A stretch of DNA of 64,000 nt, from the NCBI RefSeq assembly GCF_044704955.1, contig NC_091987.1, positions 69,068,001-69,132,000 of the forward strand, read 5' to 3'. This DNA comes from Pristiophorus japonicus. Lineage: Eukaryota. How positions within the stretch are numbered: the first letter of the stretch is position 1; each line of letters opens with the position of its first letter. The notes under the pieces were generated by a model. The model did not search any database and was not told where the DNA came from. It saw nothing but the letters and a program-made list of their open reading frames with translations. The position numbers and the translations under genes are program-made. Below, one piece after another: positions 24,401 through 35,182 of the stretch.

Positions 24401-25757
24401 ATCATTAAGGAAGAAATAGCGGGACATCGAGATAGGAATAGTGCAATCAAGCAGACGCAACATGGATTCATGAAGGGGAAATCATGTTCAACTAATTTAC
24501 TGGAATTCTTTGAGGATATAACGAGCATGGTGGATAGAGGTGTACCGATGGATGTGGTGTATTTAGATTTCCAAAAGGCATTCGATAAGGTGCCACACAA
24601 AAGGTTACTGCAGAAGATAAAGGTACGCGGAGTCAGAGGAAATCTATTAGCATGGATAGAGAATTGGCTGGCTAACAGAAAGCAGAGAGTCAGGATAAAT
24701 GGGTCCTTTTCGGGTTGGAAATCGGTGGTTAGTGGTGTGCCACAGGGATCGGTGCTGGGACCACAACTGTTTACAATATACATAGATGACCTGGAAGAGG
24801 GGACAGAGTGTAGTGTAACAAAATTTGCAGATGACACAAAGATTAGTGGGAAAGCGGGTTGTGTAGAGGACACAGAGAAGCTGCAAAGAGATTTAGATAG
24901 GTTAAGCGAATGGGCTAAGGTTTGGCAGATGGAATACAATGTCGGAAAATGTGAGGTCATCCACCTTGGAAAAAAACAGTAAAAGGGAATATTATTTGAA
25001 TGGGGAGAAATTACAACATGCTGCGGTGCAGAGGGACCTGGGGGTCCTTGTGCATGAATCCCAAAAAGTTAGTTTGCAGGTGCAGCAGGTAATCAGGAAG
25101 GCGAATGGAATGTTGGCCTTCATTGCGAGAGGGATGGAGTACAAAAGCAGGGAGGTCCTCCTGCAACTGTACAGGGTATTGGTGAGGTCGCACCTGGAGT
25201 ACTGCGTGCAGTTTTGGTCACCTTTCTGAAGGAAGGATATACTAGCTTTGGAGGGGGTACAGAGACGATTCACTGGGCTGATTCCGGAGATGAGGGGGTT
25301 ACCTTATGATGATAGATTGAGTAGACTGGGTCTTTACTCATTGAAGTTCAGAAGGATGAGGGGTGATCTTATAGAACCATTTAAAATAATGAAAGGGATA
25401 GACAAGATAGAGGCAGAGAGGTTGTTTCCACTGGTCGGGGAGACTAGAACTAGGGGGCACAGCCTCAAAATATGGGGGAGCCAATTTAAAACCGAGTTGA
25501 GAAGGAATTTCTTCTCCCAGAGGGTTGTGAATCTGTGGAATTCTCTGCCCAAGGAAGCAGTTGAGGCTGGCTCATTGAATGTATTCAAATCACAGATAGA
25601 TAGATTTTTAACCAATAAGGGAATTAAGGGTTATGGGGAGCAGGTAGATAAGTGGAGCTGAGTCCACGGCCAGATCAGCCATGATCTTGTTGAATGGCGG
25701 AGCAGGCTCGAGGGGCTAGATGGCCTACTCCTGTTCCTAATTCTTATGTTCTTATGT
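21465..25757 (+). mobile_element. Near full-length CR1 LINE: ORF1 (Zn-finger/leucine zipper plus SGNH esterase, 21612-~22440) and ORF2 (APE endonuclease plus RT, ~22880-25661), both disrupted
   Basis: ORF1 has CSSCTMWE..CGKC, IGDSIVRG, CCLPGARV and VHIGTND. ORF2 has LVAITETW, MGDFN, SDH, KSPGPD, QHGF and FADD. (TTCTTATG)n tail. Confidence 0.96.
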
Positions 25758-26211
25758 CTCCTAATCTCTGTCCTCATTCTCTTCGTGACTATTTTAAATT
25801 GATTAGTCGTCGCCACTGACTCTCCAACTAGAGGAAACAGTCTTTCCCTATTCACAATATTCAAATGTTAATCATTTAAAAAACCTCTATTACATCTTCT
25901 CATAGCCTTCTCTGCTCCAGTGGAAATAGTTCCAGTATCATTTCTTAGATCAAGCAGACAGAGAGGTCCTGGCCAACAACAATCCTCGTGGAATTCTGCA
26001 AAGGATAAGAATGCCAATTTATCAAAATAGATCAATGACTTGATCCTCTATTGTCAGCAGATTTCAGGATAGTTGGAAATGTTCTTTCAGTTCAGAAAAT
26101 GATCGACAAGACTTTGCAATAAATAATTCAGACAAGGAACTGGTTTCACAAAGAGCAAACTACATTTCTGAGAACTTTAACAAAGGAAATGCAATTTTTA
26201 TTTGTGAAACA

Positions 26212-26221
26212 GGAACTGAAA
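26212..26221 (+). promoter_or_regulatory. Ets-IRF composite element (EICE) upstream of the VJ-type gene
   Basis: GGAACTGAAA matches GGAANNGAAA, 75 bp before the ATG at 26296; further AGGAA motifs at ~26135 and ~26183. Motif match only. Confidence 0.4.
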
Positions 26222-26295
26222 TTACTGATTAGTTGCTAGAGAACAACTTTAGTGCAGTAAGGTCTATTCCTTCATGTCAACATTACTGATAAAGC

Positions 26296-26329
26296 ATGAT
26301 GATTGCTACATTGTTCCTGTTTTCAGTCT
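26296..26329 (+). CDS. Leader (signal peptide) exon of the VJ-type IgSF gene
   Basis: ATG...MMIATLFLFSV followed by a phase-1 donor T|GTAAGT, ~120 bp upstream of the V exon (split-leader arrangement). Confidence 0.75.
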
Positions 26330-26451
26330 GTAAGTATGTCGATTCTATATATAAGTCATGTATAATTAATCACATTTTAATATTGTCAAAGGTTTACTAT
26401 TGCATGGCACTTACATTAAAACATTTTGAATATTTTTAAATCTTTAAAGAG

Positions 26452-26820
26452 ACTGTATTATAAGAGGTGCTGCCACTGGATTGGAACTGCTACAATCTCC
26501 GTTCTCACTCTGGCTCCAGGAAGGCCAGTCTGCCCATTTCGACTGCATTCTACAATCCAAAGACATGGTAGTAAACAGCAGTTTTTATTGGCATTATATT
26601 AAAGTGAACTTTGGTAAAACACAAATGAGATTTATCAGAATCGATCCAGAAGATGATCCTTTCAATGTGTTCAGTAACAACGCATCTGATTTCAGCAGCT
26701 CATTGATAATTAACGACCTCCACATGACTGACACAGGTGTGTATTATTGCAACATCATTATTCATGAATTTTCACTTTCGAGGACGATCAAGGGCACTGG
26801 GACGCATCTAATTGTTGAAG
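26452..26820 (+). CDS. Germline-joined VJ-type Ig V domain exon (NKp30/NCR3- or CD28-family-like)
   Basis: LLQSP..L.LQEGQSAHFDC, FYW, SSLIINDL..TDTGVYYC and J motif KGTGTHLIVE, then phase-1 donor G|GTAAGG. Acceptor ambiguous (26452 or 26467). Confidence 0.88.
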
Positions 26821-27850
26821 GTAAGGGAGAATGCCCCTATGGGACGCTGTGTAGTTTGGTTCGACATTTGATTAAGGAGACATATGTTGGCGGACCCTGT
26901 TTGCAAGTTCCAAGTAGGAATAGCCGTGGTGTGTGCTGCGCAAGATCTGCCCATTAGGACCAGACAGTGACTGTCCTAACTAGTGGATCACTGGTCACTG
27001 GAGGCTGCTCCAAAAAATGGCGTGGAACATTTTACCACGCTGCAGTACCCCACTCAATACTTCCTCCATTCCAGACACAACTCCTCTAACAAATTCTTGT
27101 TGCTTTCTACCCTTCAGCCATTTTCTTTATCCATTCTTAAAATTTATCCTGAATCTCTACAGCTTAGAGTTTAACTAATAGCCTTTTGTATGGCATTCCC
27201 AAATAGGTAACACATGTAACCAAATACAAACAGCTATGGGAATGTTGAGCGTATTAACATTAGTGAAATGTATAGAATCATCAAGACAAGTTAGTACTTT
27301 TGTGAAATTATTTTAAATGTAATTTGTTGTGTATTCATGCAACCATGACAGCAGAAAAGGTCATTTGGGTCAAGTGTCCCATTCCTTTAAATGAAATATA
27401 TGCACTTACAAGATCACAAGAAAGTTTCAAATACGGACGACCATTTGGTTCATCTTAGTTTCTTCATACATCACCACATTGCAGCATCAAAATTGTTTCT
27501 TCATAGATTCCACCGTTTTTGCCTCCAGCACTCATCCGGAATGCTAGTCCATACTCTGCATAAAGAAGGATATCTTGACATCAGTTGTAAATTTATTTTT
27601 TAATATTTGAATCTATTGTCCTGTTTTCACAACTTAACTTAAATGAATATTGCGGATTTACCGTTTCCATTCCTTTCACTATCTTATAAACCTCTATACG
27701 ATCTCTTCTTAGGCACTCCCTTTTCAGGTTAGAAAGCCTCATACTCAGAACTCTGTCACTAAAGATCAACCTTGTGACTCTTTGCATTTAGTATTTTGTG
27801 CTTAACTGCCTCTCGTCTTTCCACAACCAGGGCTGGACACAAGAGTCAAT

Positions 27851-30110
27851 GGGCTCAAGTTTCGGACTCCCGCTAGAACGGCGCACATCGGAGAGGCCCG
27901 CCTAATTTGTAGAACAAAAATTGCGCCGAATACTTACCGCGCGATTCTCTGATAGCTGTAGGCCCATTTCCAGGTCGGCGCGGCGCAGCAGGAGCTGCTG
28001 GGAGTGGAGCTACAGCCCTGCGCCAAAAACAGTGTGCAGTAGCTCCTGGCCCTCCCAGTGCGTCCTGTCTCCGGGGCCCGGCCTCTCGCTGGGGGTGGGC
28101 CCCGCCCGAAGTCCCCCGTTGGAGCCAACGGCGGGGCCCGCCTGCCCGACCTCTTGCTGGGAATGGGCCCCGCCCGAAGAGGCAGCGGCAGTCGGGTATC
28201 GGCTGCGTGTGGGCCCCGCCCGAAGTCCTCGGCGGGGCCCGTTCATCATCTTCTCCCCTCACCCCCCCCGTTCATCATCTTCTACCCCCTCCCCCACGTT
28301 CATCTACTTCTCCCCCCCTCCCATTCATCTTCCTCTTCCCCCCCCTCCATTCATCAACCTCTCCCCCCCCGCCCATCTTCCCCTCTCTTCCCCCCCCCCG
28401 TTCAACTTCCTCTTCCCCTCCCCCCCTGCCCTGTTCATCATCTTCTTCCCCACCCCCCCGTTCATCTTCCTCTCTCCCCTGTTCATCTTCTTCTCCCCTC
28501 CCCCATTCATCTTTCTCTTCCCCCCCCCCGTTCATCTTTCTCTCCCCCCCCGTTCATCTTTCTCTTCCTCTCCCCCCCGCCCATCTTCCCTTCCCCCCCC
28601 CCGTTCATCTTCCTCTCCCCCCCCATCCATCTTCCTCTCCCCCCCGTCCATCTTCCTCTCCCCCCCCCGTCCATCTTCCTCTCCCCCCCGCGTCCATCTT
28701 CCTCTCCCCCCCCCCCATCTTCCTCTCCCCCCCCCCCATCTTCCTCTCCCCCCCCGTCCATCTTCCTCTCCCCCCCCCTCCCCCGTCCATCTTCCTCTCC
28801 CCCCCCGTTCATCTTTCTCTCCCCCCCCATTCATCTTTCTCTTCCTCACCCCCCCCGCCCATCTTCCCTTCTCTTCTCTCCCCCCACCCCGTTCATCTTC
28901 CTCTCCCCCCCCCGCCCATCTTCCCTTCTCCCCCCGTTCATCTTCCTCTCCCCCCCCATCCATCTTCCTCTCCCCCCCCCCCGTCCATCTTCCTCTACCC
29001 CCCCCCGTCCATCTTCCTCTCCCCCCCGTCCATCTTCCTCTCCCCCCCCCCGTCCATCTTCCTCTCCCCCCCCGCCCGTCCATCTTCTTCTCCCCCCCCC
29101 GTCCATCTTCTTCTCCCCCCCCGTCCATCTTCTTCTCCCCCCCCCGTCCATCTTCTTCTCCCCCCCCCCACCGTCCATCTTCTTCTCCCCACCCCCCGTC
29201 CATCTTCTTCTCCCCCCCCCCGTCCATCTTCTTCTCCCCCCCCGTCCATCTTCTTCTCCCCCCCCCCGTCCATCTTCTTCTCCCCCCCCCCGTCCATCTT
29301 TCTCTTCCCCCCCGTTCATCTTTCTCTCCCCCCCCCGTTCATCTTTCTCTTCCTCTCCCCCCCCTGCCCATCTTCCCTTCTCTTCTCTCCCTCCACCCCG
29401 TTCATCTTCCTCTCCCCCCCGCCCATCTTCCCTTCCCCCCCCCGTTCATCTTCCTCTCCCACCCCCCCATCCATCTTCCTCTCTCCGCCCCCCCCCATCC
29501 ATCTTCTTCTCCCCCCCCCGTCCATCTTCCTCTCCCCCCCCTCTCTTCTCTCCCCCTCCCCCTGTCGTCTCTTCTCTCCCCCCTTTTATCCCCCCCCACT
29601 CTCTCTTCTCCCCGGTGCTGCTGCAGGTGAGTAGAATTTTTTTTTTATTTATGGAGTAATTTTTTATTATTTTTTTATTTTAAATGTTTAAATTTTTTTT
29701 GATTGATTTATTGGTTGATTTATTGATTTATTTATCATTTATTATTTATGATGGCTTTTTATTTGTAAAAGTGAAGTGTTTAATGTTTGTAAACCCCCCT
29801 TCCCCGCCCCCCCCTCCCCATCTCTCGTTCCTTACGCCTGATTTCTAAGTGTAGGCAAGGTTTTTCTGAGCGTACAAAAATCTACACTTACTCCATTCTA
29901 AGTTAGTTTGGAGTAAGTTTGCGCTGCCTAAACTTGCAAAACAGGCGTAAGTGGCTGGACACGCCCCCTTATTGAAAAAAATCTGTTCTAAAATGAAACT
30001 ATTCTAACTCACTAGAACTGGAGCAAACTAAATGACGAAAATTTTAATTTCTAAGATGCTCCATTCTAAACTAAAAAAAATAGGAGCAACTCAGGCTGAA
30101 ACTTGAGCTC
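27851..30110. mobile_element. Non-autonomous Harbinger-like element carrying an internal minisatellite
   Basis: TIRs GGGCTCAAGTTTCGG and rc GAGCTCAAGTTTCAG; interrupts old CR1 remnants. Confidence 0.75.
28240..29615. repeat. C/T-rich minisatellite, unit ~CCCCCCCGT(T/C)CATCTTC(C/T)TCT
   Basis: Directly visible tandem array of ~20-23 bp units. Confidence 0.95.
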
Positions 30111-30547
30111 CGTGTGGACTCACCAAAGTACAGCACATTTTGATCACGACTCCCTCTAACATGTATTCTATTGTTTTGGCTGAATAGTTTAACACTCCAT
30201 TGGTTTTATTAATTGCTGCTCAGCATTGGTTGAACATGTTTAATGTCAAGTCTACAAAGACTCCTATGTCTCTTTTGGCTTTATCTATTATACTATTTCA
30301 TGGAGTACATGTTTTGCTTTTTTCGTTGTTCCTGGGCCTGGCGCTCCAGTTGTATTTATAGCCCCGAGCTGCGGTGGTGTTCTCACACAGGTCGGGGCTG
30401 CCCACTGTTACCCCACCGCTGCTGAAAGTACAGGTACAATGTTGCACTTGTGCAACTGCTTTTAAGCTTGTTAAAGAAATGCCACTTGGTGATTCAAAAT
30501 AATTTTACATATGGCTCAAATAAAACTCATTGTGTACCCTTAAAAAA

Positions 30548-31515
30548 AACAGCACTTTCGACTCTAATTTCAGTTTCGATTCTCTTTCTTTAAGTGCGTA
30601 GTTTCCAATTCACTCAGTGATGCATTGGTAAGAAAGAATACATTTCACATATGTATTTGACCACTGCCACTCTAAACTCATATGGAATAAATTCTGCGCC
30701 TGAAGTACAATAATGACTCACTCACTCAAGTATATTTATGATTCATTACTCAAACGTTATGACAAATCCCATAATTAGCTGCCCAGTTACTAAAGTTTAA
30801 ATATTCAAGTAATTCTGACTTTTCAAATATCAATTTTATGATAAATGCATTAAAACCTGACGATTTCTACAATGAAATACTGTATCCTGCCTCAAAGCAA
30901 GATTTGGTTCAGCGCGGGTCAGGCAAGATGGTGTTCACAACCTGTGGAGCTTCCTTCTGCCTCGACACAAGTGACGGAGCTGTCAGGCGGCGTTCAATAG
31001 GCGCTTACACTGCGCTCTGGGCCAAGGAGGCGCTCAGCTCCCGGCTTGCTGTCGCTGTTTGTGCCGAGCGGAGGATTGTGCAGTGTCCCGCACCCAAACT
31101 GGCCTGTAATGTATGTTTGTATTCAATATTTTTGTAACTATAATTCTAGTTGAATACATGTGTGATCTGTTTATTGATCTGAAGCAATCCGTCAAACAGA
31201 CAAACTTTATTTGATTGTGCGTGGTGACGTTATGGATGTAGGCTATCAATATAGTTAAGTGCGAATTAATAATATATTCAGAAAGTATTTAATTGTGAAT
31301 ATAAGAAAATATTATAGACATTTTAAAAACTCCTGAAGAATGCTTCATAGCAGTGGAAGGAATTATACAGAAATGACAGCATGGAAACAGGCCCTTCGGC
31401 CCAACCAACCCATGTTGGTGTTTCTGCTCCACGGGCCAGTCTCCTTAATCCCCTGTGCAGTCTGTTTCTGCCGACACTGTTCCGTCCCTTAATAACTTTA
31501 AGCACCAAATCAAAT
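30548..31515 (+). repeat. Local duplication, copy 1 (~1 kb)
   Basis: Near-identical to 34055-35051; the ORFs at 30838 and 34373 differ at two residues. Confidence 0.95.
30568..30588 (-). promoter_or_regulatory. ISRE-like IRF site (copy 1)
   Basis: TTTCAGTTTCGATTCTCTTTC; reverse complement contains GAAACTGAAA. Confidence 0.45.
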
Positions 31516-31549
31516 TTCAATATAATCTCCAATTCTAATGAAAACAGTT

Positions 31550-33165
31550 CAATTTTATATAGTTACGTAGTATTTACGGCACAGAAACAAGCCATTGGGC
31601 CCAACTGGTCGATGCCGGCGTTTGTGCGCCACACGAGCCCCCTCCCACACTACTTCATTGAACCCCATCAACATGTCTTTCTATTCCTTTCGCCCTCAGC
31701 CTTCCCCTTAAATGCATGTTTGGTATTCGCCTCAACTACTCCCTGTGGTAGCGGGTTCCACATGCTAACCACTTGCTGGGTAAAGAATTTTCTCCTGAAT
31801 GTTTTATTGTATTTATTAATGACTATCTAATATTTATGGCCCCTCGTTCTGGTTGCCTCTGCAAGTGGAACATTTCTACGTCTACCCTATCAAACCGTTT
31901 CATAATCTTAAAGACCTCTACCCGCAGGTAACGTGAAAGGAAAGTTTCCTCTTTTCTTGAGAAAATAGCCCCAGCCTGTTCAATCTTTCCTAGTAGTTAC
32001 AACCTTTCAGTTCAGGAATCATCCTTGTAAATCTTTTTTCCAACTTTTGTCAATGCCTCTATATTCTTATTGTAACATGGGGACAAGAATTGTGCACACT
32101 CTGTGCGATCTAAACAAGATTCTATATAAATTTAACATATCTCTCTATTTTGCAATTATATCCTTCTAGAAATAAACTCTAATGCTTGGTTTGCTTTTGT
32201 TATGTCCTTTTTGACCTGCGTGGCAACTTTTAATGATTTGTGTATTTGTACTCTCAGATCCCTTTGCTCCTCTACTCCATTTAGATCCTTATTTTTTCTT
32301 GTCAAAATGTAATACATCACACTTATCTACGTTGAAATTCATTTGCCAATTATATGTCCATTCTGTACGTTTATTAATGTCTTGTAATTTCTTGCAGTCC
32401 TCCTATCCCTCCCAATTTACAAACTGGAAGGGATAGGAGGACTGTGTTTTTGATTCCAAAGTCTAAATCATTAATATAAATTGTGAACAACAGTGGTCTC
32501 AGCACTGAACCTTGTGGGACCTTTTACCTTGTACGATACCGTTTACCCCTACTCTCTGCTTTCTCTCTTTCTTTTGAAAAAAAGCAGAGTAAAGGGCAAG
32601 GAGGGTGAAGAATTCCTAAACTGTGTACAGGAGAACATCCTTAATCAGTATGTTTCTAGCCCAACAAGGAAGGAAGCAGTGCTGGATCTACTTCTGGGGA
32701 ATGATGTAGGTCAAGTGCAGTGTGTTGCAGTGGGAAAACATCTGGGTGACAGTGATCATACTATAATTAAGGTTAAAGTAGTTATTGAAAGGGACAAAGA
32801 AAAATTAAAGGTGAAAATGCAGAACTGGAAGAGAGGTAATTTCAGTGATTTGAGAAGGGATCTAGGACAGGTGGACTGGAAACAGTAAATGAGCAATGGT
32901 TGGTGTTCAAGGTACAAACCAAGCATAATCCCATAGGAGGAAAGATGGGGCATGCAAAGCTAGAGTTCACCGGATGACAAAGGAATTAAAGGTTAAAATA
33001 AAACAGAAAAAAAGGTTTATGACAAATATCAGGTACTGTATACAGTCAAAAATCAGGCAGAATACAGAGTGCAGGGGTCATTTGAAAACTGATATGAGAA
33101 GGGCAAAGAGAAAGCCTGAGAAACAATTAGCAGGTAACACAAAGTGGAAGACAAAAATCTTTTAT
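31550..33165. mobile_element. Old rearranged CR1 fragments (minus-strand 3' part and plus-strand endonuclease part)
   Basis: ORF 32493 contains EEFLNCVQENILNQYVSSPTR..VLDL..SDH; minus-strand CR1 3' UTR-like sequence at 31560-32500. Confidence 0.7.
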
Positions 33166-34054
33166 ATGGGTTTCTCCATTTTGGGGTGAAAACATAAGCG
33201 ATACATGAAAATTACCGGTTTTGCTGCGTTACCGATTTAAGGCCTAACTTTTGGCATTTGGTATTTGCGCCAGGAGCGCATCGCAAAGAGAGGTGTTGCA
33301 CAATTATTCGGGGGACAAAAACATGATCTTCGCCTACTTTGTGCGAGGCCGGGAGCGCTGCGAGAGAGGCCTTAGGAGGGGCAATGTATTTAAGTGACCA
33401 GGACAAAACACAATACTAAATGTGGCGTCTGTTGTGAACACAACATTTTGGCTCTATAATTCAGAATTCAGTTTGCTTTGCTGATTGCCGCTGCTCCAGA
33501 TTGGTAGTTACACCCACTTACATATTTGACCAACTCATTTTGTACTGCCCGATCTGTCCACATATAGATTCAGTTGCCCCTCCTAGTTTGGTATCACTTG
33601 CTAATCTTACCAATTTCCACTGAGTTTTTGAATCCAAGTCATTGATGTAAATTAGAAACAGTGAGAAGTGGGGTTCCCAGAACTTGTCCCTGGGCACTGG
33701 TCAGAACTTCTCGCCACCTTGACATAACTCGCAGTACCTACTGTTTTCTGCCCTTCAATCAGTTTCTGATCCATTCTCACCATTTACCCTGAATCCCCAC
33801 TGTTCTGAACTAAACAGAATAATGTTGTCAAATGCTTTTTAGACCTCTAGACCTACCACCTTGCAATGCAAGAAATCCTCCAGTTTACTCCTTAGGATCA
33901 ATTCCATTGTTTTATTTACTGTTTTTCCTGATTGGAATGCGGCAGAAGCATGTGCTAGCGGGATGGGCCAATGAGGACAATCTTATCATGTTGCGACCCC
34001 CAAATTGAATTTCGGGTGCGTTGGGTGGGGCGGTTCCGAATGCTGCCTGTAGAT

Positions 34055-35051
34055 AACAGCACTTTTGACTCCAATTTCAGTTTCGTTTCTCTTTCTGAAA
34101 GTGCGCAGTTTCCAATTCACTCAGTTGGAATTTTAAAAAATTCATTCAGTTGGGTCAAGATGCATTGGTAAGAAAGAATACATTTCACATATGTATTTGA
34201 CCACTGCCACTCTAAACTCATTTAAATTCTGCACCTGAAGTACAATAATGACTCACTCACTCAAGTATATTTATGATTCATTACTCAAACGTTATGACAA
34301 ATCCCATAATTAGCTGCCCAGTTACTAAAATTTAAATATTCAAGTAATTCTGACTTTTCAAATATCAATTTTATGATAAATGCATTAAAACCTGACGATT
34401 TCTACAATGAAATACTGTATCCTGCCTCAAAGCAAGATTTGGTTCAGCGCGGGTCAGGCGAGATGGTGTTCACAACCTGTGGAGCTTCCTTCTGCCTCGA
34501 CACAAGTGACGGAGCTGTCAGGCGGCGTTCAATAGGCGCTTACACTGCGCTCTGGGCCAAGGAGGCGGTCAGCTCCCGGCTTGCTGTCGCTGTTTGTGCC
34601 GAGCGGAGGATTGTGCAGTGTCCCGCACCCAAACTGGCCTGTAATGTATGTTTGTATTCAATATTTTTGTAACTATAATTCTAGTTGAATACATGTGTGA
34701 TCTGTTTATTGATCTGAAGCAATCCGTCAAACAGACAAACTTTATTTGATTGTGCGTGGTGACGTTATGGATGTAGGCTATCAATATAGTTAAGTGCGAA
34801 TTAATAATATATTCAGAAAGTATTTAATTGTGAATATAAGAAAATATTATAGACATTTTAAAAACTCCTGAAGAATGCTTCATAGTAGTGGAAGGAATTA
34901 TACAGAAATGACAGCATGGAAACAGGCCCTTCGGCCCAACCAACCCATGTTGGTGTTTCTGCTCCACGGGCCAGTCTCCTTAATCCCCTGTGCAGTCTGT
35001 TTCTGCCGACACTGTTCCGTCCCTTAATAACTTTAAGCACCTAAATCAAAT
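34055..35051 (+). repeat. Local duplication, copy 2 (~1 kb)
   Basis: Near-identical to 30548-31515, with ~30 extra bp at ~34125-34158. Confidence 0.95.
34075..34095 (-). promoter_or_regulatory. Tandem ISRE-like IRF site (copy 2)
   Basis: TTTCAGTTTCGTTTCTCTTTC; reverse complement GAAAGAGAAACGAAACTGAAA has four GAAA half-sites. Confidence 0.5.
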
Positions 35052-35182
35052 CCAGGTATAATAAACCCCTTCATAATCTTCAAGACCTCTACCTGGTTAC
35101 CGCTTGGTCTTTTCTTCTAGAGAAAAGAGCCGCAGCCTGTTCAATTTTTTCTGATAGTTATCGTGCGGTTGAATCGGCAGAT

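Noticed and set aside
26452-27000. Rearranging TCR/Ig V segment
   Set aside because: The J motif is already joined in the same exon, with no heptamer-nonamer RSS or C1 antigen-receptor exon seen. The CACAGTG at 43861 is coding sequence within the B7 V exon.
27921-29659. Long Pro-rich ORFs (475-569 aa) and Gly-rich antisense ORFs
   Set aside because: Open in all three frames because the minisatellite lacks stop codons; lies inside a MITE.
30838-31137. Duplicated 99-aa ORF as a protein-coding gene
   Set aside because: No recognisable domain; the identity between copies is explained by recent duplication.
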